Source: an uncultured Gemmatimonadaceae bacterium
GTDB taxonomy: Bacteria > Gemmatimonadota > Gemmatimonadetes > Gemmatimonadales > Gemmatimonadaceae
NCBI GenBank assembly: GCA_963822945.1
Contig: CAWGJO010000045.1
Span: 1 to 13,385, forward strand
Length of the DNA stretch: 13,385 nucleotides
Direction of reading: 5' to 3'
Every line of letters begins with the position of its first letter. Positions within the stretch are counted from its first letter, which is position 1. The position numbers and the translations under genes were made by a program. Below are positions 1 through 7,850 of this stretch, in pieces. The notes below the pieces were generated by a model, which saw only the letters and a list, made by a program, of their open reading frames with translations, was not told the origin of the DNA and did no database searches.

Positions 1-443
1 CGCTTGGGACGCAGCTGCTCGGCCACGTGCCACGCAATGGCCTCTCCCTCTCGGTCGGGGTCGGTGGCGATCAGGATCTCGCGCGACGTCTTGGCCGCGC
101 TCTTCAGCTCGGCGATCGTCTTTTCCTTGCCGGGAATCGGCACCAGGTCGGGCTCGAACCCCTTCTCGATGTCGATGCCGAGCTTCTTGGCCGGCAGGTC
201 CATGATGTGGCCCACCGTCGCCCGCACCCGGTAACCGCGGCCGAGGTACTTGCCGATGGTCTTCGCCTTGGCCGGCGACTCGACGATCACCAACGACGTG
301 GAGCCCGCCGGTCCTGCGGGCGCCTCGTCCTCGACCACGGCCGCCGCCGACCGGCCGCGCCGCTTGGTGGCCGCGCTGCCCTTCGCCTTGCGAGCCTTGG
401 TGGCGCGCTTCTTGGTGGTGGTGCGTGTCTTCTTGACTGCCAT
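1..443 (-). CDS. topA: DNA topoisomerase I (type IA), 5' part; runs off the window edge
   Basis: Not in the ORF track; translated by hand from ATG at 443. Gives MAVKKTRTTTKK...SLVIVESPAKAKTIGKYLG...ATVGHIMDLP...ILIATDPDREGEAIAWH, the TOPRIM-domain motifs of TopA. Confidence 0.97.
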   Translation of the reverse strand, partial: MAVKKTRTTTKKRATKARKAKGSAATKRRGRSAAAVVEDEAPAGPAGSTSLVIVESPAKAKTIGKYLGRGYRVRATVGHIMDLPAKKLGIDIEKGFEPDLVPIPGKEKTIAELKSAAKTSREILIATDPDREGEAIAWHVAEQLRPK

Positions 444-445
444 GT

Positions 446-682
446 TCAGTGTACCGTCTGATTGTCGTCCCGTGAACGCCCGTCGTCGAACCCGATGCCT
501 TCGAGAAGCGTGCGAAGATCGTCGCCCGTGATGCGCCCGTCGATCTGCGACAGCGCCCGTTCGATGATCATCTCCAACTCCGCGGGGCTCACGGCTCCGG
601 AGTTTCCGAGCGCCAGGAGATATCCCCAGGCCTCCGGCGCGAACCGTCCGCGCTCATGCGGCCCCAAAATCCGTATCGTCAT
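446..682 (-). CDS. Short Smg/DUF494-like protein (78 aa)
   Basis: MTIRILGPHERGRFAPEAWGYLLAL...ELEMIIERAL resembles the C-terminal half of DUF494/Smg. It lies 2 bp upstream of topA, the usual smg position, and ends in TVH. ATG 682 preferred over GTG 718. Confidence 0.7.
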   Translation of the reverse strand: MTIRILGPHERGRFAPEAWGYLLALGNSGAVSPAELEMIIERALSQIDGRITGDDLRTLLEGIGFDDGRSRDDNQTVH

Positions 683-801
683 CTGCCTGCGGCTCCCGGC
701 CGCGGTCCGGCACCACACACGTTGGGTGATCTCGCAGTATCCATGGCATTGATCCTGTTCGGGTCGTACCCGGTTACTGCACGCCGGACGGCCACCAACG
801 G

Positions 802-1365
802 CTAACGTAATTCGTTCGCCAGCGCAACTACCTGCTCCGTAACCTCTTGCAATGACAAACGTTCCGACTCGATGACCAGATCGGCCACTTCATATAATAC
901 GCGGCGTGCGGCGTGCAGCAGTTGAAGCTCCTCGAGCGGGTTGCCGCGCATGAGGAGCGGACGGAGTTCCTGCCGCTTGCCCATCCGCTTGAGTGCCGTT
1001 TCCGGCTTGACCCGAAGGTACACCATCCGTCCAGGGGGGCGAAGCATGGCGACCACTTCCGGGTCGGTGATCCAGCCGCCGCCGGGCGCCAGAATCATAC
1101 CGCCCGCTTCCCGCAGTTCGAGGGTGAGGTCGCGTTCCTTCTGCCGAAAGTAGTGCTCGCCGTGCTCGGCGAAGATCTGCGACACCGCCCTCCCTTCGCG
1201 GCGCTCGATCTCGGCGTCGAAGTCGAGAAAACGGCGCCCACACATCTCGGCCGCCCGCATGCCGACGACGGACTTGCCGCATCCTGGCAATCCGACCAGG
1301 ATCAGGTGCGGGCCCGCGGGATCACCCGCCGACGCGCCGTGCGATGTCCGAAAGGTATCCGTCAT
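802..1365 (-). CDS. aroK: Shikimate kinase
   Basis: Motifs LILVGLPGCGKS (Walker A), FLDFDAEIE, IFAEHGEHYFRQKE, GGG, RPLL and RRVLY. Start taken as ATG 1365, overlapping the aroC 3' end by 44 bp; start uncertain. Confidence 0.93.
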   Translation of the reverse strand: MTDTFRTSHGASAGDPAGPHLILVGLPGCGKSVVGMRAAEMCGRRFLDFDAEIERREGRAVSQIFAEHGEHYFRQKERDLTLELREAGGMILAPGGGWITDPEVVAMLRPPGRMVYLRVKPETALKRMGKRQELRPLLMRGNPLEELQLLHAARRVLYEVADLVIESERLSLQEVTEQVVALANELR

Positions 1366-2518
1366 GGTTCCGCCGCATTTCCGCCAGGGAGTCGCCGCCG
1401 AACTTTTCGGCGAACGCATTCGCGAGCACGATGGCCAGCATTCCTTCGGCAATCACCCCCATGGCGGGCACGGCCGTGACGTCGCTCCGCTCCGCCACCG
1501 CCTCCGCCGGCTCGCCCGTGGTCACGTCCACGGTAGCGAGGGGGCGCATCAACGTGCTGATGGGTTTCATCGCCACTTTCACCACCAGCGGCTCGCCGGT
1601 GGTCATGCCGCCTTCGAGCCCGCCGGCGCGGTTCGTGCGCCGGCGCACGTTGCCGGTCGACGAGCGCCCGGGCGCGGGCTCGATCTCGTCGTGCGCCTCG
1701 GCGCCGGTCACGCACGCCGACTGGAAGCCCATGCCGATCTCTACCCCCTTCACCGCCGGAATGCTCATCATCGCCGCGCCGATGCGCCCGTCGAGCTTCC
1801 AGTCCCAGGTCACGTGCGATCCGAGGCCGGCCGGCAACCCGTCGGCGACGACCTCACAGACGCCGCCAAGCGTGTTGCCGGCGCGCTTGATCTCGTCGAT
1901 GCGCGCGATCATGGCCGCGTCGGCATCGGGATCGAGCGTCCGGAGCGGCGACGCGTCCGCCACGGCATTGATGTCGGCGGGCATGGGCTCCGGGCGCCGG
2001 GCATCGATGCCCCCGAGGTGGATGACGTGGCTGTCGATGCGGACACCGAACTCGGCGAGCAGGCGGCGGCAGACGGCGGCGGCGGCAACACGGGCCGCCG
2101 TCTCGCGCGCCGACGCGCGCTCGAGGATGTCGCGGGCGTCGCCGCGGCCGTACTTGAGCATGCCCGAGAGATCGGCGTGGCCGGGACGCGGCCGCGTGAC
2201 GGCCCGTTTGCGGGGCGCGGACGCGTCCTCGCCTTCGAGCGGCGCCGGCGCCATGATCGCTTCCCAGTTCTTCCAGTCGCGGTTCCGAATCAGCATCGCA
2301 ATCGGCGACCCGAGGGACTCGCCGCGCCGCACGCCCGACAGGAACTCGATGGCGTCCTGCTCGATCTGCATGCGGCGCCCACGGCCGTAGCCCTGCTGGC
2401 GGCGCGCCAACTGGGCGTTGACGTCGGCGGCGAGCAGGGGCAGGCCGGCGGGAATGCCCTCGAGAATCGTGACGAGCGCCGGCCCGTGCGACTCGCCGGC
2501 GGTAGTGAATCTGATCAT
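1322..2518 (-). CDS. aroC: Chorismate synthase
   Basis: Signature motifs TTAGESHG, RPRPGHAD, ERASARETAARVA, IPAVKGVEIG, TNRAGGLEGGMT, MKPISTL and ERSD. GAGGG RBS at 2522-2526. Confidence 0.98.
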   Translation of the reverse strand: MIRFTTAGESHGPALVTILEGIPAGLPLLAADVNAQLARRQQGYGRGRRMQIEQDAIEFLSGVRRGESLGSPIAMLIRNRDWKNWEAIMAPAPLEGEDASAPRKRAVTRPRPGHADLSGMLKYGRGDARDILERASARETAARVAAAAVCRRLLAEFGVRIDSHVIHLGGIDARRPEPMPADINAVADASPLRTLDPDADAAMIARIDEIKRAGNTLGGVCEVVADGLPAGLGSHVTWDWKLDGRIGAAMMSIPAVKGVEIGMGFQSACVTGAEAHDEIEPAPGRSSTGNVRRRTNRAGGLEGGMTTGEPLVVKVAMKPISTLMRPLATVDVTTGEPAEAVAERSDVTAVPAMGVIAEGMLAIVLANAFAEKFGGDSLAEMRRNHDGYLSDIARRVGG

Positions 2519-2533
2519 GGGCCCTCAAACGCG

Positions 2534-2561
2534 GTGAGCCCGACGCGGGGGCCGGGCTCAC
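2534..2561. other. 9-bp inverted repeat just upstream of the aroC RBS
   Basis: GTGAGCCCG (2534-2542) pairs with CGGGCTCAC (2553-2561); 10-nt loop. Confidence 0.5.
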
Positions 2562-2592
2562 GAACAGTAGTGCGGGAATCAGCGAACGGCCA

Positions 2593-2626
2593 ACGGCTGA
2601 CCGTCATGCCGTCAACGGTCAGCCGT
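2593..2626. repeat. 12-bp perfect inverted repeat within degenerate heptamer repeats; possible terminator or stabiliser after pilQ
   Basis: ACGGCTGACCGT (2593-2604) pairs with ACGGTCAGCCGT (2615-2626); no clear U-tract. Confidence 0.6.
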
Positions 2627-2695
2627 CAGCTGTCGTCCTGACGCGGCGCAGGCCACCGCCGCGTTCACCGCCGTCGACCCGACGGGGCGCGGCGG

Positions 2696-4699
2696 TTAGT
2701 TGTTGTTGCCCCCACCGTCACCCCCGATCTGCTGCCCATCGTCCACGATGTGCGGCGTGATGAGGATGAGGAGGTCGCGCTTCACTTCCTGGCGCTGCGT
2801 GAATCCGAACAGCTTGCCGATGATCGGCAGATCCACGAGCACCGGGATTCCGGACTTGGACACGGTCACGCTGGTCTGCGTGAGTCCGCCCATGATCGCG
2901 GTCTGTCCGTCGGCCACGAGCATGGTGTTGTCGATGAACTGGCGCGGGAAGACGGCGCCCACGTCATTGGAGAACTGCTGCACGTCGGAGTTCTCGGCGT
3001 GCACCAGCATCTGCACCTGGTGATTGGCGGTGATCTGCGGCGTGACCGTGAGGATGATACCGGTCTGCTGGAAGCTCACCGTCGCCTTGGGCGCGGTCTG
3101 CGCGCCGCCCTGCGACGAGGCGTCGATCACCCGCACGGGCACCTGCGTGCCGGCGGTGAGGTTGGCGATGTGGTTGTTGAGCGTGGTCACGCTGGGCTCG
3201 GCCTGCACGTCGAGCAGCGACACCGTGGTCAGCGCCTGGATGAAGCTGGTGAAGCTGAACCCACCCATGGCCGCGGAGTAGACCGCCTTGAGCGCGGCGC
3301 CCGGCACGTCCTGCGAGGCGTTCGCGATGGCCGCGATCGTATTACCGCCCAGGAAGATCCGCTCGGCGATGTTCCGCTCGGGCGTACCCGTCGAGTCGGT
3401 GCGCGTGACGAGCTGATTGAAGTACTGATTGGCGGAGCCGATGTCGTACTGCAGGCCCAGGGCCTCGAGCGACGTGCGGTCGACGAGGATGATCTTGGCC
3501 TTGATGTTGACCTGCGGCTGCCGGATATCGAGCTGCTTGGCGTACTTGACCAACGGGCCGATGTTGGCCGAGATGTCGGTGATGCTCAGCGTGTTGGTCG
3601 TGGTATCGACCGTGACGGCGCCGCGCACCGGACAACTGAGGTTGGTGACCACCGGGGCCTGCTGCTGGCCCTCGGCGCCCGTGGCACCGGCGGCCGCCTG
3701 CTGCGCCGCCTGCTGCTGGAGGTTGGCCCCCTGCTGCTGCGAACAGTCGCGCGTCAGGCGGGCTTCGATCTCCGGCTTCAGGTTGATGGCCTTCACGTAA
3801 TTCAGACGCAGACTCTTCGTGACCAGCGGCTCGGCCGCCCGCTGGGACAGGATGTGCGCCTGGGTATCGACGATGAGGATGCCGCTCGGATCTTCCACGG
3901 CATCGAGTCCATTGGCGTTGAGCACCACGCGCAGCGCCACGTCCCACGGCTGATCGGTGATCGTGGCCGTGACCTTGGTGTTCTCGACGCCCTTGGCGAG
4001 GATGATGGTGCGGCCCGAGTACGCCGAGAACGCGGCGATCACGTCGCGGATGTCGGCGTTCTCCCAGGTGACGGTGATGCGGGGCTGCTGTTGCTGGTAC
4101 GCGTACGAGGCCGCCCGCGGGGAAGCGGACGCCCGCTCGGGGCGCACCCTGACCGGTACCGGCGCGAGGGCCGCCTGAGACACGAGCGGAGCGGGCGCGG
4201 GAGGCGCGACGGAGTCGTCGGAGGGCGCCGGCGCGGCGTCAACGGCCGCCGGCGTGTCCGCCGGCGAGTCGCCGACGTGCCAGGCCGAGAAGTCAGCCGA
4301 GGTGCCGTCGACGGTGACGCGGATACGGCCGTCTTCGCGGGCCACCGCGTAATGGTGCGGGGCGTCGAGGGAGACGACCACGCGCACCACACCGCGGCTG
4401 AACTGCGAATAGCGAATCCCGAGCACGCCGCCGCGATCGACCTGATCGTAGCCGCCCGTGGGTACGCGCAGCGAGGCGCCGGAGATGTCGATCACGACGC
4501 GATCCGGATTGCTGAGCGTGAAGTCCTGCACCGAGACGGTGCCACCGATACCGATGAGCACTTCGGCGCGACCGCTCGTCGGCACGACGCTCAACGAGGT
4601 CACGGCTCCCCGTTCCGGCGCCGGCCCGGACGCCGTGCGCCAGGCGCCGGCGACGAGCGCGACGGCCAGCGCCGCGACTACCGTCAATACGCGTTTCAT
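2696..4699 (-). CDS. pilQ: Type IV pilus secretin PilQ
   Basis: Signal peptide; AMIN-like domain (FTLSNPDRVVIDI); N0/STN region (ITVTWENADIRDVI...QPWDVAL); LDIRQPQVNIKAKI; secretin signature GIPVLVDLPIIGKLF...LLILITPHIV. Last gene of pilMNOPQ. Confidence 0.96.
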   Translation of the reverse strand: MKRVLTVVAALAVALVAGAWRTASGPAPERGAVTSLSVVPTSGRAEVLIGIGGTVSVQDFTLSNPDRVVIDISGASLRVPTGGYDQVDRGGVLGIRYSQFSRGVVRVVVSLDAPHHYAVAREDGRIRVTVDGTSADFSAWHVGDSPADTPAAVDAAPAPSDDSVAPPAPAPLVSQAALAPVPVRVRPERASASPRAASYAYQQQQPRITVTWENADIRDVIAAFSAYSGRTIILAKGVENTKVTATITDQPWDVALRVVLNANGLDAVEDPSGILIVDTQAHILSQRAAEPLVTKSLRLNYVKAINLKPEIEARLTRDCSQQQGANLQQQAAQQAAAGATGAEGQQQAPVVTNLSCPVRGAVTVDTTTNTLSITDISANIGPLVKYAKQLDIRQPQVNIKAKIILVDRTSLEALGLQYDIGSANQYFNQLVTRTDSTGTPERNIAERIFLGGNTIAAIANASQDVPGAALKAVYSAAMGGFSFTSFIQALTTVSLLDVQAEPSVTTLNNHIANLTAGTQVPVRVIDASSQGGAQTAPKATVSFQQTGIILTVTPQITANHQVQMLVHAENSDVQQFSNDVGAVFPRQFIDNTMLVADGQTAIMGGLTQTSVTVSKSGIPVLVDLPIIGKLFGFTQRQEVKRDLLILITPHIVDDGQQIGGDGGGNNN

Positions 4700-5298
4700 G
4701 GAGTCCTCACTTTCGTGGTATCCGCAAGCACCAGCGAATCCTGGCGGTTGAATCCGAACTCTTGGATCGTGAAAATCACGGCGCGCGGCTTGATCCGCGC
4801 CACGCGCATCCGGCCCAGCGTCTGTCCGACGGTGGCCCGGTAGAGCTTATCGGTCTGATCCCGCATGATGGCCACCGACCGATGCCCGGTGACGTCGTAC
4901 AGAATCCCGACCAGGTGCAGGTCACTGAGCACCGGACGCAGCTCGCTGGTGGCGAGCAACGACACGAACGGATCGCGGGTGCCCGAACGATCGTAGTTGA
5001 ACACCTCGCGCATGACGAACGACGGAACGGTATCGGGCTTGGCGGCCGCCACGCGGCCATTGGGCCCGACCTTGCCACCCGTCCCCGTGCCCTGCGCGGT
5101 GCCCGCCGTGGTCGTCTTCTGCGGCGCCGCCGCCTTGGCCTTCGCCTTGGTCTGCGGCGCGACGTTCTGCTCCTTGGCCACGTGCGCGCTGGCGGCATCC
5201 GCCGCCCGCTGCGCCTTGCCGATGGCCTTGGTCATCTGGGCGTTGGCTGCACTCGCGGCGGCGATCAGGAACGCCAGCACCATGGATGCGCGTTTCAC
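4696..5298 (-). CDS. pilP: PilP-like pilus assembly protein
   Basis: Lies between pilO and pilQ with 4-bp overlaps on both sides. YDRSGTRDPF motif and LVGIL...AIM...VGQTLG...VARI beta-domain are typical of PilP. Confidence 0.75.
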   Translation of the reverse strand: MKRASMVLAFLIAAASAANAQMTKAIGKAQRAADAASAHVAKEQNVAPQTKAKAKAAAPQKTTTAGTAQGTGTGGKVGPNGRVAAAKPDTVPSFVMREVFNYDRSGTRDPFVSLLATSELRPVLSDLHLVGILYDVTGHRSVAIMRDQTDKLYRATVGQTLGRMRVARIKPRAVIFTIQEFGFNRQDSLVLADTTKVRTP

Positions 5299-5903
5299 TG
5301 GCTCCCCCCGGCCGGCGTGGCCCCCGGTGCGGTGTGCGCGACGTACGTCTGGATGTCGAAGTCCGCGATGAGCATGCGCACCGACGGATCGTCATTCCGC
5401 GTCTGCGCCGGCGCAAACCCGAGCTGCAGGTTGATCGGTGCCACGATCCGGCGCAGTTCCCCGACGTTGGTCAGGAACTCCCCGATCTTATGGTACGGCC
5501 CGATGACGCTGAGCTTGAACTTGTAGGTGTCGAACTGGTCGCCCTGGATCACGCCATCCGGCGAGAAGCTGGCGACGTCGAGCCCGACGCGCCGCGCCGC
5601 CGTGGATACGGACGCCAGCAGCGCCGGCACTTCGTTGCCCGTCGGCACGAGCTGCCGCATGATGTCCACTTCCTGCCCATACTCCTTGGCCTGGGCGCGC
5701 AGCTTGTCCAGACTGCCGTGCGCGACGTCCAGCTTGGCCCGCTGGTTCATCGCGTCCAGGCTGTCCACATGCGCCTGGAGCGTGGTCAGCGTCACCGCGT
5801 TCGGCGTCCAGACGAAATTGTAGTACAGCGCCGCGGCGGCCACACAGACGATGACCACGAGCAGCTTGTACTGATCCTTCTGGGAAGTCGGGATGAGCGG
5901 CAT
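5295..5903 (-). CDS. pilO: Type IV pilus assembly protein PilO
   Basis: N-terminal TM helix, coiled coil, LVPTGNEVPALL and GPYHKIGEFLTNVGELRRIV motifs; operon position. Confidence 0.93.
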   Translation of the reverse strand: MPLIPTSQKDQYKLLVVIVCVAAAALYYNFVWTPNAVTLTTLQAHVDSLDAMNQRAKLDVAHGSLDKLRAQAKEYGQEVDIMRQLVPTGNEVPALLASVSTAARRVGLDVASFSPDGVIQGDQFDTYKFKLSVIGPYHKIGEFLTNVGELRRIVAPINLQLGFAPAQTRNDDPSVRMLIADFDIQTYVAHTAPGATPAGGSQ

Positions 5904-5905
5904 GG

Positions 5906-6649
5906 CTATTTCACCGAGACCTTGAGGGGCGCGCGGCGGATCACGCTGGAATCCGGACGCGTGTAGCGCATGGTCAACTGGAAATTGGTGACCTGGACGC
6001 CATTGTCCGTTGCCACTTCAGACTTGTCGATCGTGACGTCGCTGAAGAACGGCGACGCTTCGAGATCACTCATGAATCGGGTCAACGCCTGAATGTCCAC
6101 CGTGCGTCCCTGGATGCGGACGTGCACGGTATCCAGCGGGACCGCCGTCTGCAGCGGCGGCGCCTTCTTCCCCTTGGGGGCGGGCGCGCCCGGCGGACGA
6201 GCCGCCACCAGATTCTGGCCCTGCGGCGTACCGGTGAGGCCGAGTCCGATCAGCCACGTATACGCGGGCAGCGCCGTGCTCACCTCTTCGAGCACGTGCG
6301 GCCAGACGAACCGGTCGCCGTCGATGGCCCGGATGATGTTCAATTGCCGGAGGAGCGTGTCGCGCTTGGCTTCCAGGTGGGCCTGATCCTTGAGCACCGA
6401 CGCATATCGCGTCGAATCGGCCAGCCCCTGCTGCTCCTGGGCCGTCAGGGTCCTGGTCCGGTGCGACTGGAGCGCGAACATCACGCCGATCGCGCCGATG
6501 CACACGACGAACGCCACGACTGCGGCGGCCAGCCATCGGTCCTTGACCCGCTCCGATGCGCCGGACATCAGCGACGAGAAGTCGAAGCGCGCTGTGCCGC
6601 CTCGCTTCGCCTTCTTGGTGGCGCCTGGAAGGAGATTGATATGAATCAT
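5906..6649 (-). CDS. pilN: Type IV pilus assembly protein PilN
   Basis: N-terminal INLLP PilM-binding motif, TM helix, coiled coil, LPAYTWL and FMSDLEASPFF. Confidence 0.95.
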   Translation of the reverse strand: MIHINLLPGATKKAKRGGTARFDFSSLMSGASERVKDRWLAAAVVAFVVCIGAIGVMFALQSHRTRTLTAQEQQGLADSTRYASVLKDQAHLEAKRDTLLRQLNIIRAIDGDRFVWPHVLEEVSTALPAYTWLIGLGLTGTPQGQNLVAARPPGAPAPKGKKAPPLQTAVPLDTVHVRIQGRTVDIQALTRFMSDLEASPFFSDVTIDKSEVATDNGVQVTNFQLTMRYTRPDSSVIRRAPLKVSVK

Positions 6650-6666
6650 GAGGGCTACCGCTTGGT

Positions 6667-7710
6667 CTAGGCGACCTGACGCAGCGCCAACCCGATGGGA
6701 AGCATCAGGAGTGGCGCAACTTCATCAGTGACGAGCGACGCGAGAGCCCCGTCACGCACCTTCAGCGATGCCAACGGGTTCGCCTGCTCCACCGTGAGCT
6801 TGAGGCGGTCGGCCAGCATCGCCGTGAGACCCGGGATGCGCGACCCACCACCACACGTGTACACGGCCCGAACGGCGCTGGCCGTCCGGGAATTCGAGGC
6901 CAGAAACGCCACCGCCCGCTCGACTCCGAGCGCGATCTCCTCGCCACGACTCTCCAGAATCGCGTCGAGATGCGGCGACCGATCGTACCCCTGCAACAAC
7001 TCCTGCGCCTCGTCCGACGAGAGGCCGCGCTCGCGCTGCAGATCCTCGCGAAACCGCCGCGTTCCCACGGCCAGGTCTCGCGTCAGAATCGGCACCCCTT
7101 CCTCGAGCACGTTGATGTTCGTCACCTCGTGCCCCACGTTCACCAGGGCCACGACGCCCGTCATGGCGTCGGGATGATTGAGTTCGAATGCATTGTGCAG
7201 CGCGAACGCGTCCACGTCCACCACCCCGGCCTGAAGCCCCGCGTCCTGCAGCACCCGCAGCTTGGACTCCACCAGCTCCCGCTTGGCCGCTACCAGCAAC
7301 ACGCTCATCTCCAGCCCGTCGGCATCGGGATCGAGGATCTGGAAGTCCAGCTCCACCGACTCCATGTCGAACGGCACGTGCTGCTCGGCCTCCCAACGCA
7401 TCAACTCGCGCGCCTGCTGCTCCTTCACGCGCTCGATCTGAATCTTCTTGATGATCACGTCGCGGCCGCCCACGGCCGTGACGACCTGCTTCACCTTGAC
7501 GCCGGCCGCCGTCATCGCCGACTGGATGGCCTCGGCCACGATGCCGGGATCCATCACCTCGCCTTCGACGATCGCATCCGCGCTCAGCGGCGCAATCGCG
7601 ATCTTGACCAGCTCCGGTTCCGACTTGGAGTGGTCAACCACCGCGACCTTGATCAGGCCCGACCCGATGTCCAGGCCGACTGTCGTCTTGCCCCGCCCGA
7701 AGAGTGCCAT
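6667..7710 (-). CDS. pilM: Type IV pilus assembly protein PilM (actin/FtsA-like)
   Basis: Motifs VGLDIGSGLIK, EAEQHVPF, LLVAAKRE, VDVDAFAL, CGGGSRIPGL and IGLALR. Confidence 0.97.
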   Translation of the reverse strand: MALFGRGKTTVGLDIGSGLIKVAVVDHSKSEPELVKIAIAPLSADAIVEGEVMDPGIVAEAIQSAMTAAGVKVKQVVTAVGGRDVIIKKIQIERVKEQQARELMRWEAEQHVPFDMESVELDFQILDPDADGLEMSVLLVAAKRELVESKLRVLQDAGLQAGVVDVDAFALHNAFELNHPDAMTGVVALVNVGHEVTNINVLEEGVPILTRDLAVGTRRFREDLQRERGLSSDEAQELLQGYDRSPHLDAILESRGEEIALGVERAVAFLASNSRTASAVRAVYTCGGGSRIPGLTAMLADRLKLTVEQANPLASLKVRDGALASLVTDEVAPLLMLPIGLALRQVA

Positions 7711-7850
7711 GAGGAGGTCTGGGTGATGCCGATCCTACCGCGTGGGGCCCTCGCCCCGAGCTCGCGGAGCCCGGCGACTACCGAACAGTTGGGACCGCTC
7801 GCGCGACCCAACACGATCAACTTCGCATCAATAGAGTAGCCTGATACGGA

